Source: Alphaproteobacteria bacterium | GTDB taxonomy: Bacteria > Pseudomonadota > Alphaproteobacteria > DATDPM01 | DNA length: 64,000 nt | Direction of reading: 5' to 3' | Assembly: GCA_041498815.1 (NCBI GenBank) | Contig: JBGQJC010000005.1 | Location: 2,629-66,628 of the forward strand | In this document: positions 18,865 through 27,488 of the stretch, piece after piece | How the letters are laid out: each line of letters opens with the position of its first letter | Position numbering within the stretch: the first letter of the stretch is position 1 | Made by a program: the position numbers and the translations under genes | The notes under the pieces: model-generated | What the model saw: the letters and a program-made list of their open reading frames with translations, nothing else | Database searches by the model: none | Told to the model about the DNA's origin: nothing

Positions 18865-19278
18865 ATGGCTTTTTGGCTCATGAAATCCGATCCCGAGGAA
18901 TGGCCGTGGGCCGATCAAGTTGCGGCCGGCACCGCCGAATGGGACGGCGTGCGGAACCATCAAGCATCGAACAATCTGAAAGCGATGCGCCGGGGCGAGT
19001 GCGCCTTCTTCTATCACTCGGGCGGCGAGACGCGCATCGTGGGCGTGGTCGAGGTGACGCGCGAGTATTATCCGGACCCGAGCGATCCGGCGCACCGCTT
19101 CGGCATGGTGGACGTGAAGGCGCTGCGGGCGGCCACGACCCCGGTGCCGCTCGCCGCGATAAAAGCCGAACCCCGGCTTTCGCATCTTGCCCTGGTACGC
19201 CAGCCGCGTCTTTCCGTCATCCCGGTCGATGCCAAGTCCTGGGCGCTACTCTCGAAAATGGCGGGGCTGGGGGTGTGA
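18865..19278 (+). CDS. EVE (PUA-like, DUF55) domain protein
   Basis: MAFWLMKSDPEEW...WDGVRNHQA..NLKAMRRGECAFFYHSG is the canonical EVE-domain N-terminus. Confidence 0.75.
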   Translation: MAFWLMKSDPEEWPWADQVAAGTAEWDGVRNHQASNNLKAMRRGECAFFYHSGGETRIVGVVEVTREYYPDPSDPAHRFGMVDVKALRAATTPVPLAAIKAEPRLSHLALVRQPRLSVIPVDAKSWALLSKMAGLGV

Positions 19279-19324
19279 TTGGCAAGGCCGCCCCTGCCAA
19301 GCAGCACAGAAGGGAGGCAGAGAT

Positions 19325-19702
19325 ATGAAACTAAAGGTAGGGTCTGCACGCAACGAGGACGTTTATAAAGATATCGCTCGTATCAATCGACATGATCGCG
19401 GTGGCATACGGGCGGGACAAATCTGCAAAGTATCCGTTGGTCAGGCGTCAAGATATTTCATTGTTCGCGGACTGCCCGATCGCGGTCAAATCCTTTTAGA
19501 CGACCTGTCACGTGATGCGCTGAATGTTAAGCAGGGTACGGAATACGACTTCAGCGTCACGGCGACTAACGTATTTGGGCGAATACGGTGGGCCTGCGAT
19601 GTTGCGGATCCGGGGCCACGAATTGCCGCATGGCTGGGGGTTTTGTCTCTCGTCCTGGCCGCAATAGGAATCTTCCTTGCCTTGTTCTCGATCTGGTCCT
19701 AG
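19325..19702 (+). CDS. Hypothetical small protein with C-terminal transmembrane anchor (low-GC patch)
   Basis: Strong SD (AGAAGGGAGG) 6 bp upstream of ATG. 126 aa. C-terminal WLGVLSLVLAAIGIFLALFSIW helix. Local GC ~50% versus ~66% in the flanks. Confidence 0.45.
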   Translation: MKLKVGSARNEDVYKDIARINRHDRGGIRAGQICKVSVGQASRYFIVRGLPDRGQILLDDLSRDALNVKQGTEYDFSVTATNVFGRIRWACDVADPGPRIAAWLGVLSLVLAAIGIFLALFSIWS

Positions 19703-19805
19703 CACCCGAATTGACCCATTCTTCCTTGTCCGCTACCCGGTGTTGCCGTATCGGATTGATCCGGAACGGCTTTTCGTATTAGCGTGAAGGCTTCAGGGGG
19801 GCCTC

Positions 19806-20270
19806 ATGAACTACGTTCAGAAAACGCTCCAGCCGGGCGAAACCATCGTCTTTCAGACCAAACTCCATTGGATCATCTATGTGCCGTGCCTAGTCGCGTT
19901 ATTGGCCGGGCTCGTGGCGCTCGTCTTCGGCGACAAGGCGCCCGTTCCGGCACTTGCCGCCCTGATCCAGATGGCGGGGGAGGCACTCGTGGTCCTGGCG
20001 GTCGTCATGGGGTTTTCGATGTGGATTCAATTCATCTCCACCGAGATGGCCATCACCAACCGCCGGGTGATCGCGAAGATCGGCTTCATCTGGCGGCGCA
20101 CCATCGAGATGGAACGCCAAAAGGTCGAATCCGTGTCGGTCGATCAAAGCATCCTCGGCCGCATGCTCGACTACGGCACCGTCACGGTGCGCGGCACCGG
20201 TTCCACGCTCGAGCCCATGTCGAACATCGACGGGCCGATGGAATTCCGCAACAAGCTGCTCGCGGGCTAG
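19806..20270 (+). CDS. Bacterial PH-domain membrane protein (YdbS/YdbT-like, bPH_2/DUF304)
   Basis: Two N-terminal TM helices followed by a bPH domain pattern (ITNRRVIAKIGFIWRRTIEM...VTV). Confidence 0.6.
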   Translation: MNYVQKTLQPGETIVFQTKLHWIIYVPCLVALLAGLVALVFGDKAPVPALAALIQMAGEALVVLAVVMGFSMWIQFISTEMAITNRRVIAKIGFIWRRTIEMERQKVESVSVDQSILGRMLDYGTVTVRGTGSTLEPMSNIDGPMEFRNKLLAG

Positions 20271-20386
20271 CCGCTCGTCCCTCGGGCGCTTGTAAGGGCC
20301 CGCGAATCTTCGGATAATCCAGGAAAGTTGCGGCGGCGGGCCAACCGCCGGCAAAAATCCATGAGCCTTGTCCGGGGAGTGGCGCC

Positions 20387-22324
20387 GTGAACGAAATCCA
20401 TGTCTATCCCATTCCCGAATCTTGCGCCGAGTCCGCCTGGATCGACGAGGAACGGTATCTGCGCGACTACGAGCGCTCGCTCAACGACCCCGAAGGATAT
20501 TGGCGCGAACAGGGAAAAATCCTCGATTGGATCAAGCCCTACACCAAGGTGAAGGACTCATCGTTCACCGGCGACGTCCATATCCGCTGGTTTCATGACG
20601 GCACACTGAACGCGTCCGTCAACTGTCTCGACCGCCATCTGGCTTCGCGCGGCGACCAAACCGCGATCATCTGGGAAGGCGACGACCCGAGCGTGAGCAA
20701 GTGCATCACCTACCGCGAGCTTCACGAACAGGTCTGCCGCTGCGCCAACGCGCTGAAGTCGTTGGGCGTTGCGAAAGGCGACCGAGTCGGAATCTATCTC
20801 CCGATGATTCCCGAGGTTGCGGTCGCGATGCTCGCCTGCGCCAGGCTGGGCGCGATCCATTCCGTCGTATTCGGCGGCTTCTCGGCCGATTCGCTTGCCG
20901 GGCGCATCCACGATTGCGGCGCGACGGTGCTGATTACCGCCGACGAAGGTTTGCGCGGCGGAAAGCGCGTGCCGCTGAAAAAAAACGCCGACGAGGCGCT
21001 CAAATCCTGCCCCGAGGTCAAGCACGTCGTCGTCGTGCGCCGCACCGGGGGGCCCGTGCCATTTATGGCCGGCCGCGACTCTTGGTATCACGAGCTCACC
21101 GCCGCCGCCTCGCCCGATTGCCCGCCGGAAGAGATGAACGCCGAAGACCCGCTCTATATTCTCTACACCTCGGGCTCGACCGGGAAGCCCAAGGGCGCTC
21201 TTCACACCACCGGCGGCTATCTCGTCTTCGCCGCACTCACCCACAAATACGTCTTCGACTACCACGACGGCGACATCTTCTGGTGCACCGCCGACGTCGG
21301 CTGGGTCACGGGCCACACCTACATCGTGTACGGTCCGCTCGCCAACGGCGCGATCAGCGTCATGTTCGAAGGCGTTCCGAACTATCCCGATTACTCGCGC
21401 TTCTGGCAGGTCATCGACAAGCACAAGGTCAATATCTTCTATACCGCGCCCACCGCGATCCGCGCGCTCATGCGTGAGGGCGACGCGCCGGTCAAGAAAT
21501 GCTCGCGCAAGTCGCTGCGGCTCTTGGGGTCGGTTGGCGAGCCCATCAATCCCGAGGCCTGGGAATGGTATCACCGCGTCGTCGGCGAACACCGCTGCCC
21601 GATCGTCGATACCTGGTGGCAGACGGAAACCGGCGGAATTCTCATTACCCCGCTGCCCGGCGCAACCCGGCTCAAGCCCGGTTCGGCGACGCGCCCCTTC
21701 TTCGGCATCAAGCCCGTGATCGTGGACAACCAGGGCCGTCAATTGGAAGGCGTTTGCGAAGGCAATCTGTGCATCGCGGATTCATGGCCGGGGCTGATGC
21801 GCACCGTCTTCGGCGACCACGACCGTTTCGTGAAGACCTATTTCACGATCTATCCGGGGCTCTATTTCACCGGCGACGGCTGCCGCCGCGACGCCGACGG
21901 TTACTATTGGATCACGGGCCGCGTGGACGACGTGATCAAAGTCTCGGGGCATCGCATCGGCACCGCCGAGATCGAAAGTGCGCTCGTCGGCCACGGCAAG
22001 GTGGCCGAAGCCGCGGTCGTCGGCTACCCCCACGACATCAAGGGCGAAGGCATTTACGCCTATGTGACCCTGATGGAAAACATCGAGCCCTCGGAGGAAC
22101 TCCGCAAGGAACTTGTGGGGTGGGTACGCAAGGAAATCGGGCCCATCGCCACCCCCGACGTCATCCAGTGGGCGCCGGCGCTCCCCAAGACCCGCTCGGG
22201 CAAGATCATGCGGAGAATTTTACGCAAGATCGCGGCCCACGAGGTCGATTCGCTCGGCGATATCTCGACTCTCGCCGATCCGTCCGTGGTCGATAATCTG
22301 ATCGAGAACCGGGGAGCGAAATAA
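20387..22324 (+). CDS. acs: Acetyl-CoA synthetase
   Basis: Full-length Acs signature including [26 protein letters not shown] (AMP-binding) and the C-terminal SGKIMRR lysine motif. GTG start. Confidence 0.95.
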   Translation: MNEIHVYPIPESCAESAWIDEERYLRDYERSLNDPEGYWREQGKILDWIKPYTKVKDSSFTGDVHIRWFHDGTLNASVNCLDRHLASRGDQTAIIWEGDDPSVSKCITYRELHEQVCRCANALKSLGVAKGDRVGIYLPMIPEVAVAMLACARLGAIHSVVFGGFSADSLAGRIHDCGATVLITADEGLRGGKRVPLKKNADEALKSCPEVKHVVVVRRTGGPVPFMAGRDSWYHELTAAASPDCPPEEMNAEDPLYILYTSGSTGKPKGALHTTGGYLVFAALTHKYVFDYHDGDIFWCTADVGWVTGHTYIVYGPLANGAISVMFEGVPNYPDYSRFWQVIDKHKVNIFYTAPTAIRALMREGDAPVKKCSRKSLRLLGSVGEPINPEAWEWYHRVVGEHRCPIVDTWWQTETGGILITPLPGATRLKPGSATRPFFGIKPVIVDNQGRQLEGVCEGNLCIADSWPGLMRTVFGDHDRFVKTYFTIYPGLYFTGDGCRRDADGYYWITGRVDDVIKVSGHRIGTAEIESALVGHGKVAEAAVVGYPHDIKGEGIYAYVTLMENIEPSEELRKELVGWVRKEIGPIATPDVIQWAPALPKTRSGKIMRRILRKIAAHEVDSLGDISTLADPSVVDNLIENRGAK

Positions 22325-22336
22325 CGCGGCGCGCGC

Positions 22337-22846
22337 CTACCGTTCGGCTTGGGATTTCGTGCACCAGGGCTGGCGCTCGCCGCCGCCGTAAGCCCGCACC
22401 AGGCCGGAGCGAAGCATGAGATCGGCGACATTCTCGCCGCTCAAAGTGTCGACCTCGGCCAAAACTCTGCCGCCGTATTTGTCGGAGCGGATGTCCTTAA
22501 GCGTCACGCGGCCGCCTGCTACCACCGCCGCAAGCCGGTCGCGCGCGGCCTCCGCCAGTTTGAGTTCCTTATCGCATTGCGGCTCGCGAAGTTCCGGTGC
22601 ATCGATGCCCAAGATGCGCACATGGGTCTCGACGTCTTGGCCGAGCCAGATGCGGGCTTTCACGGCGATCGTGTCGCCATCGATGATTTTGACAACTTCC
22701 GCCGGCACCGGGCCGGGAACGGATTCGCCCGCCTGCGCCGCAACCAAACCTGCGATCGCGCAGGCGATCGCGAAACTCACGCCGCGCAATAGACGCCGAT
22801 TTGAATCGTTTCCCGAAACTCTGAACGTCCCGCGCATGGGGCTCAC
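22337..22846 (-). CDS. Thermonuclease (staphylococcal-nuclease/SNase-like) family protein, secreted
   Basis: Signal-peptide-like N-terminus, GDTI...IRILGIDAPE catalytic-core pattern of SNc domains. Confidence 0.7.
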   Translation of the reverse strand: MSPMRGTFRVSGNDSNRRLLRGVSFAIACAIAGLVAAQAGESVPGPVPAEVVKIIDGDTIAVKARIWLGQDVETHVRILGIDAPELREPQCDKELKLAEAARDRLAAVVAGGRVTLKDIRSDKYGGRVLAEVDTLSGENVADLMLRSGLVRAYGGGERQPWCTKSQAER

Positions 22847-22965
22847 AGGGTTGGACTATGCCACGCTGATTCTTTCCGGCCGGTGTATGCCGGCATGCGG
22901 GCAAAGCCCGGGCGTCATAGGAATATCGCCTTTCCAGCCTTGACGAATCAAGCTGAAAAAGGTAA

Positions 22966-23074
22966 ATATCCCTAAGATACGTCTATAAACCTAGACGGGA
23001 TCAGAAATCTATGCACCGCCCGCCCCGTTCCCAGTCGCCGTAACGGGTAGGCTCGGGGCCCTTGGGGCCGCCGC
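22966..23074. repeat. Left copy of a ~107-bp direct repeat (attL-like); duplicated 3' end of the DUF1674 gene
   Basis: About 95% identical to 24791..24897. Contains a second copy of the last ~72 nt of the DUF1674 ORF plus ~34 nt of downstream sequence. Confidence 0.8.
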
Positions 23075-23190
23075 CTCACCTATCGGCGGATTGCTCCAAG
23101 GCCAGCGAGCGCATAGGCGTTATACGCGACAGGAGTAGGGCACCATTTTAAAGCGCATCAAGTTGCTAATTCGCCTTACAAATACACTTA

Positions 23191-23251
23191 TTGACAACCG
23201 GGGCCAATAGTCCTATGTAACCAAAGCGGTTACGTAACCAACTTGGTTACG
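23191..23251 (+). promoter_or_regulatory. Sigma70-like promoter (TTGACA-17-TATGTA) overlapping two tandem palindromic operators GTAACC-N5-GGTTAC
   Basis: TTGACAaccggggccaatagtccTATGTAACCaaagcGGTTACGTAACCaacttGGTTAC, 25-85 bp upstream of the higB GTG. Typical autoregulated TA operator architecture. Confidence 0.6.
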
Positions 23252-23275
23252 ATTTGTTAATGGGTCTGCGATAGC

Positions 23276-23554
23276 GTGGCCATTGAAAGCTTCAGGCATA
23301 AGGGACTGCAGGAGCTATTCATTAATGGGAAATCCAAACGAATCAATCAGAACCACCGCAACAAACTTATCGAGTTAATGGATATTTTAGACGCAGCCAC
23401 AGCAACGAAAGATTTGGAAGGCGTAAATGACTTTCATCCACTAAGGGGAAACAGAAAGGGCGAATATTCGATGCACGTGAGCGGAAATTGGTGCCTTACG
23501 TTTGAATTTGAAGACGGGGAAGCTCGCAATTTGGATTACGAGGATTATCACTAA
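23276..23554 (+). CDS. higB: HigB toxin (RelE/ParE superfamily mRNA interferase, killer protein)
   Basis: 92 aa; SFRHKGLQELF...HPLRGNRKGEYSMHVSGNWCLTFEFEDGEARNLDYEDYH matches the HigB family pattern end to end. GTG start. Low-GC. Confidence 0.85.
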   Translation: MAIESFRHKGLQELFINGKSKRINQNHRNKLIELMDILDAATATKDLEGVNDFHPLRGNRKGEYSMHVSGNWCLTFEFEDGEARNLDYEDYH

Positions 23555-23578
23555 ATCTTGTAACTAAGGATAATTGCC

Positions 23579-23881
23579 ATGAAGCGGAATAGGCGTCCCA
23601 CTGCCCCAGGAACCATCTTGCGTAAGTATTATCTTACGCCTCGACAGATTTCTGTCGCGCAGCTAGCGACGGCGGCGGGAATTAGCAGGAAACACGCGAG
23701 CAACATCACGAATAACAAGGCATCTATTACGCCCGAGGTGGCGTATCGGCTCGGCAAGGTATTGAACACGACCCCGCAGTTTTGGATAAATCTGCAGAAC
23801 GCCGTTTCTCTGCACGACGTGCACCGCAGGCTAGCTACATGGAGGCCCGCCGAGGTCCACCCCTCCGCAGTATCGTGCTAG
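23579..23881 (+). CDS. higA: HigA antitoxin (XRE-family HTH, addiction module antidote)
   Basis: 100 aa; helix-turn-helix SVAQLATAAGISRKHASNI...PEVAYRLGKVLNTTPQFWINLQ typical of COG3093 HigA. 24 bp downstream of higB. Confidence 0.85.
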   Translation: MKRNRRPTAPGTILRKYYLTPRQISVAQLATAAGISRKHASNITNNKASITPEVAYRLGKVLNTTPQFWINLQNAVSLHDVHRRLATWRPAEVHPSAVSC

Positions 23882-23886
23882 GCTGC

Positions 23887-24036
23887 CTACTTCCTAGAAT
23901 TTTTAAGGGCGGTGGCCTCCGGGCTGCCGCCCTTCTTCGTTTGGGCCTTACGCGGCTTCGGCGGCATACTGAGCGCCCGCTTTAGCGCCTCATCGCGGCG
24001 CTTCTCATCTTCAGCCTTTTGTTTGCGAGTTGTCAT
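23887..24036 (-). CDS. Possible 49-aa Lys/Arg-rich small protein (MTTRKQKAEDEKRRDEALKRAL...), uncertain
   Basis: Open frame on the minus strand in a GC-rich stretch between higA and the HEPN gene. Its ATG overlaps the HEPN gene ATG divergently. It competes with a possible N-terminal extension of the HEPN gene (plus-strand ORF from 23912). Confidence 0.2.
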   Translation of the reverse strand: MTTRKQKAEDEKRRDEALKRALSMPPKPRKAQTKKGGSPEATALKNSRK

Positions 24037-24682
24037 GTTCGTTCCCAAAGAAACCATACTCTGGGCATTCCAAGATTATCCAGCCGAAGCTGCAATTATC
24101 GGGCGACTTCTTGCTGGCTATGGTGATTTGGAATTTACCCTTCTAACGTGCGTCGTGGCCGTGAGTAGGGACGTAAATACTTCCATCCGCACACTGTTCC
24201 GAGTGCGGGGAGAAAAACAACGAATCCAAATCGCGGATGCCATAATTCGGCACGCCTATAAGAAGGCCGGGTTATATGAGCCTTACTGTGAGGGCATTGG
24301 AGCTATGGAGTTTTGCCGTCAAATCCGAAATCAATATGCCCATTGCCATTGGATTTCCTACAAAAAGCAACAGACCGGTCTGTTTTTCACAGACCTAGAA
24401 GATGTTGCCAAACAAAATTCCGATGACCCAACAGTGCAGGAATTGCACGTTGATGTACCTCTTCTCGACAGCCAAGAGGCGTACTTTAGCTACACGATGA
24501 GCTGTCTAGTTTTTTTGAATCTGGAATATAAGCGGCTGACGGGGCAATCACCCACCCATACCTTATCAATGCCGAAAAAACGGCCTCGACCGAAGCTGCA
24601 TAATCCTCCAGAAGAGCATCCCCCTCCGACGCTAAAAGAAGTACGTGAAACCCCTCCTGAATCACAGGAAGAGGGATCGTAA
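24035..24682 (+). CDS. HEPN-domain protein (Abi-like putative RNase) with Pro/Glu-rich C-terminal tail
   Basis: Canonical HEPN R-N-x-x-x-H motif in hydrophobic context (FCRQIRNQYAHCHWISY). ~215 aa. GC ~45%. The ORF may extend to an ATG at 23912. Confidence 0.5.
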   Translation: MFVPKETILWAFQDYPAEAAIIGRLLAGYGDLEFTLLTCVVAVSRDVNTSIRTLFRVRGEKQRIQIADAIIRHAYKKAGLYEPYCEGIGAMEFCRQIRNQYAHCHWISYKKQQTGLFFTDLEDVAKQNSDDPTVQELHVDVPLLDSQEAYFSYTMSCLVFLNLEYKRLTGQSPTHTLSMPKKRPRPKLHNPPEEHPPPTLKEVRETPPESQEEGS

Positions 24683-24790
24683 TTTCTTTTTCCTGAATCG
24701 CCATCCATCCGCGCTCCTTGAAAAACAAGGAACTCGAAACACGGTGGATTTTGGAATAAGGGAACGTGCGCCAAGTATATAATCGCGCTT

Positions 24791-24897
24791 ATATCCCTAA
24801 GATACGTCTATAAACCTAGGTAGATCAGAAATCTATGCACAGCCCGCCCCGTTCCCAATCGCCGTAACGGGTGGGCTCGGGGCCCTTGGGGCCGCCG
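24791..24897. repeat. Right copy of ~107-bp direct repeat (attR-like) covering the authentic 3' end of the DUF1674 gene
   Basis: See left copy; 5 mismatches and 1-2 indels over ~107 bp. Confidence 0.8.
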
Positions 24898-24989
24898 GTC
24901 TCGGGAACCTTGGCGGGCGGCTTTGCTGCGGCTGCTGGCGCCGGATCGTTCGCCGCTTTCTTTTCGTTGCCGGGATGAGATTCGCTCAT
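24825..24989 (-). CDS. DUF1674 family small protein (SdhAF4-like)
   Basis: Conserved C-terminal GPEPTRYGDWERGG motif of DUF1674/SDHAF4. Start taken at MSESHPG; an alternative ATG lies at 25025. Confidence 0.65.
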   Translation of the reverse strand: MSESHPGNEKKAANDPAPAAAAKPPAKVPETGGPKGPEPTRYGDWERGGLCIDF

Positions 24990-25168
24990 GGCCCGCAAAA
25001 AGCCCCCGATGTCATCAAATGTCAACAGCGTCGGCTCGCGCTTGCAACAAGTGCGGGAAACGAAGCGTGCGGCCTTGAAGCGATGCGCCGGTTTCTTATC
25101 TAACCTCCAGCTTTCAAAGGTGCTGGAATGGCGCGCCTGCCGACAAAAGACGCCACCGAGGCGGCGAT

Positions 25169-26062
25169 TTGAACGGATTTCTGAATTTTTCGCGCACCAC
25201 GTTGCTGCTGGCGGGCTTGACCGGCCTGTTCCTGGCCGCCGGCTATTTGATCGGCGGCGAGAGCGGCATGGCGGTCGCGTTCCTGTTCGCGCTCGGCACC
25301 AACCTATTCGCCTATTGGAACGCAGACAAAGTCCTCTTGTCCATGTACGGCGCCAAGGAAGTGGACGAAAAGAGCGCGCCCGCGCTCTACGGCACGGTCC
25401 GCACCCTGGCCGGCCGCGCCGGACTCCCGATGCCGCGCGTCTATATCGTGGACAATCCCCAGCCCAATGCCTTCGCCACGGGCCGCAATCCCGCCCACGC
25501 CGCGGTCGCGGTCACGACCGGCCTTATCCGGAATCTCACCATGGAACAGGTCGCGGGCGTGCTCTCCCACGAGCTCACCCATATTCGCAATCGCGACACG
25601 CTCACCATGACGGTCACGGCGACGATTGCGGGCGCGGTCTCGATGCTCGCCAATTTCGCCTTCTTCTTCGGCAATAACCGCAACAATCCTCTCGGCTTCC
25701 TCGGCGTGATTCTGGTGGCGCTGTTGGCGCCGGTCGCCGCCGTCTTGGTCCAGCTTGCGATCTCGCGCGGACGGGAATACGAAGCCGACCGGGGCGGCGC
25801 CGGGATATCCGGCAATCCCTTGCCGCTCGCCTCCGCCCTGGAGAAGCTGGAGCAGGCACGCCTTCAAATCGGCAATGAGGAGGCCGAGCGCAATCCCGCA
25901 ACCGCCCATCTCTTCATCGTCAATCCGCTGCGGGGCGGCGGGGTTGGCTCCCTGTTCTCGACCCATCCCCCGATCGCGGAGCGCATCGCCCGCCTCCGCG
26001 CCATGGCCGCCCGCGCCGGCACATCCCCGATCCCGCCCTCCGGCCACGGACCCTGGGGCTAA
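25169..26062 (+). CDS. htpX: Zinc metalloprotease HtpX (M48 family)
   Basis: [10 protein letters not shown] HExxH motif, four TM segments, and the EYEADRGGA downstream motif. Confidence 0.9.
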   Translation: MNGFLNFSRTTLLLAGLTGLFLAAGYLIGGESGMAVAFLFALGTNLFAYWNADKVLLSMYGAKEVDEKSAPALYGTVRTLAGRAGLPMPRVYIVDNPQPNAFATGRNPAHAAVAVTTGLIRNLTMEQVAGVLSHELTHIRNRDTLTMTVTATIAGAVSMLANFAFFFGNNRNNPLGFLGVILVALLAPVAAVLVQLAISRGREYEADRGGAGISGNPLPLASALEKLEQARLQIGNEEAERNPATAHLFIVNPLRGGGVGSLFSTHPPIAERIARLRAMAARAGTSPIPPSGHGPWG

Positions 26063-26121
26063 AACCGGCGCCGCTTCGGACAAAGCTTTCGCCGGCGGCC
26101 GGTTTCCGCTAAAGGGTCGCC

Positions 26122-27456
26122 ATGTCGGGAAGCGTCCTCTCGCCCCGCACCGCCGCCTTGGAAGTGCTGCAGGATACCTTGCGGCGCGGCCGCCCCTTCG
26201 ACGACGCGTTTTCCGGCCATTCCGGGCTTGCCCAGATGACCGACCGCGACCGCGCCTTCGTGCACCTCCTGGTCGCAACCGTGCTGCGGCGCTTGGGCCA
26301 GATCGACGCCCTCATTGCCGCCTTTTTGGAGCGCCCGCTCCCAGTCGGCACGGCTGCGGTGCAGGAATCGCTGCGGCTTGGCGTTGCCCAGCTCATGTTC
26401 CTCAAGACGCCGCCCCATGCCGCTGTGGACACCACCGTCAAGTTGATCGAGGAAACGGGCCACGCCGCCTTGAAGGGTCTCGCCAACGCGCTGCTGCGGC
26501 GCGTCGCCCGCGAGGGCGAGGCCATACTGGCCGGCCAGGACGCCCCGCGCCTCAACACCCCGGATTGGCTCTGGGATTCCTGGGTCGCCGCCTACGGCGA
26601 AGACACCGCGCGCGCGATCGGGGCCGCCAATATGGCCGAGCCGCCGCTCGATTTCTCGGTCAAGGACGATACCGCCAAATGGGCCGAAAAACTTGGCGCC
26701 GCGGTGCTTGCCACCGGAACGCTGCGCCGCCCCGGTGGGTCCCAAGGCGGCGGCGGGATCGTCTCCAGCCTCCCCGGCTTTGCCGACGGGGCGTGGTGGA
26801 TCCAGGACGCGGCCGCGGCGTTGCCGGTGAAATTGCTCGGCGACGTCGCGGGCAAAGCGGTGATCGAGCTGTGCGCGGCGCCGGGCGGAAAAACCGCGCA
26901 GCTCTCGGCCGCCGGCGCCGAGGTCCGGGCGGTCGAACTTTGGCCGCCGCGGATCGAAATTCTGCGCAAGAACCTGAAGCGCCTTCATTTGGATGCCATC
27001 ATCATCGGCGCCAACGCGACGCGCTGGCGCCCAAGCAAACCGGCGCCATTCGTGCTGCTCGATGCGCCTTGCACCGCGACCGGCGCGATGCGCCGCCACC
27101 CCGACATCGCGCGCCTCAAGACCCCGCAAGACGTCACGCGCATGGCGGCACTTCAGGACCAGTTGCTGGACGCAGCAGCCGAGATGGTCGCCCCCGGCGG
27201 CGTCCTCGTCTATTGCACCTGCTCGCTTCAGCCCGAGGAAGGGCCGCAGCGCATCGCAGCCATGCTGGCCCGCAACGATTCCTTTGCCCGCGAAAAGATC
27301 GGGGCCGAAGAACTGAACGGACTTGCGGAGCTCATATCCCCGGAGGGCGATCTCCGCACGCTCCCCTGTCATCTGGGCGGGGCCATGGCTGCAAACGGCG
27401 GTCCGCCCGGCGGGCTCGACGGTTTCTATGCCGCGCGCTTGCGGCGCAAGGCCTAG
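26122..27456 (+). CDS. rsmB: 16S rRNA (cytosine967-C5)-methyltransferase RsmB/Sun
   Basis: NusB-like N-terminal domain followed by a NOL1/NOP2/Sun catalytic domain (DAPCTATG...CTCS). Confidence 0.85.
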   Translation: MSGSVLSPRTAALEVLQDTLRRGRPFDDAFSGHSGLAQMTDRDRAFVHLLVATVLRRLGQIDALIAAFLERPLPVGTAAVQESLRLGVAQLMFLKTPPHAAVDTTVKLIEETGHAALKGLANALLRRVAREGEAILAGQDAPRLNTPDWLWDSWVAAYGEDTARAIGAANMAEPPLDFSVKDDTAKWAEKLGAAVLATGTLRRPGGSQGGGGIVSSLPGFADGAWWIQDAAAALPVKLLGDVAGKAVIELCAAPGGKTAQLSAAGAEVRAVELWPPRIEILRKNLKRLHLDAIIIGANATRWRPSKPAPFVLLDAPCTATGAMRRHPDIARLKTPQDVTRMAALQDQLLDAAAEMVAPGGVLVYCTCSLQPEEGPQRIAAMLARNDSFAREKIGAEELNGLAELISPEGDLRTLPCHLGGAMAANGGPPGGLDGFYAARLRRKA

Positions 27457-27488
27457 ACCGTGAGCCGCGCGCGCCAGAAGCTGGGCCG

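Noticed and set aside
20558-21742. 394-aa minus-strand ORF and several 80-260-aa ORFs within acs
   Set aside because: Antisense or out-of-frame to an unambiguous acetyl-CoA synthetase.
22968-23075. Whether the 107-bp repeat is a REP/MITE-type dispersed repeat
   Set aside because: Only two copies are in the window and one is demonstrably the 3' end of a coding gene. The pattern fits an insertion footprint (duplicated target) better than a dispersed repetitive element. A whole-genome copy count would settle it.
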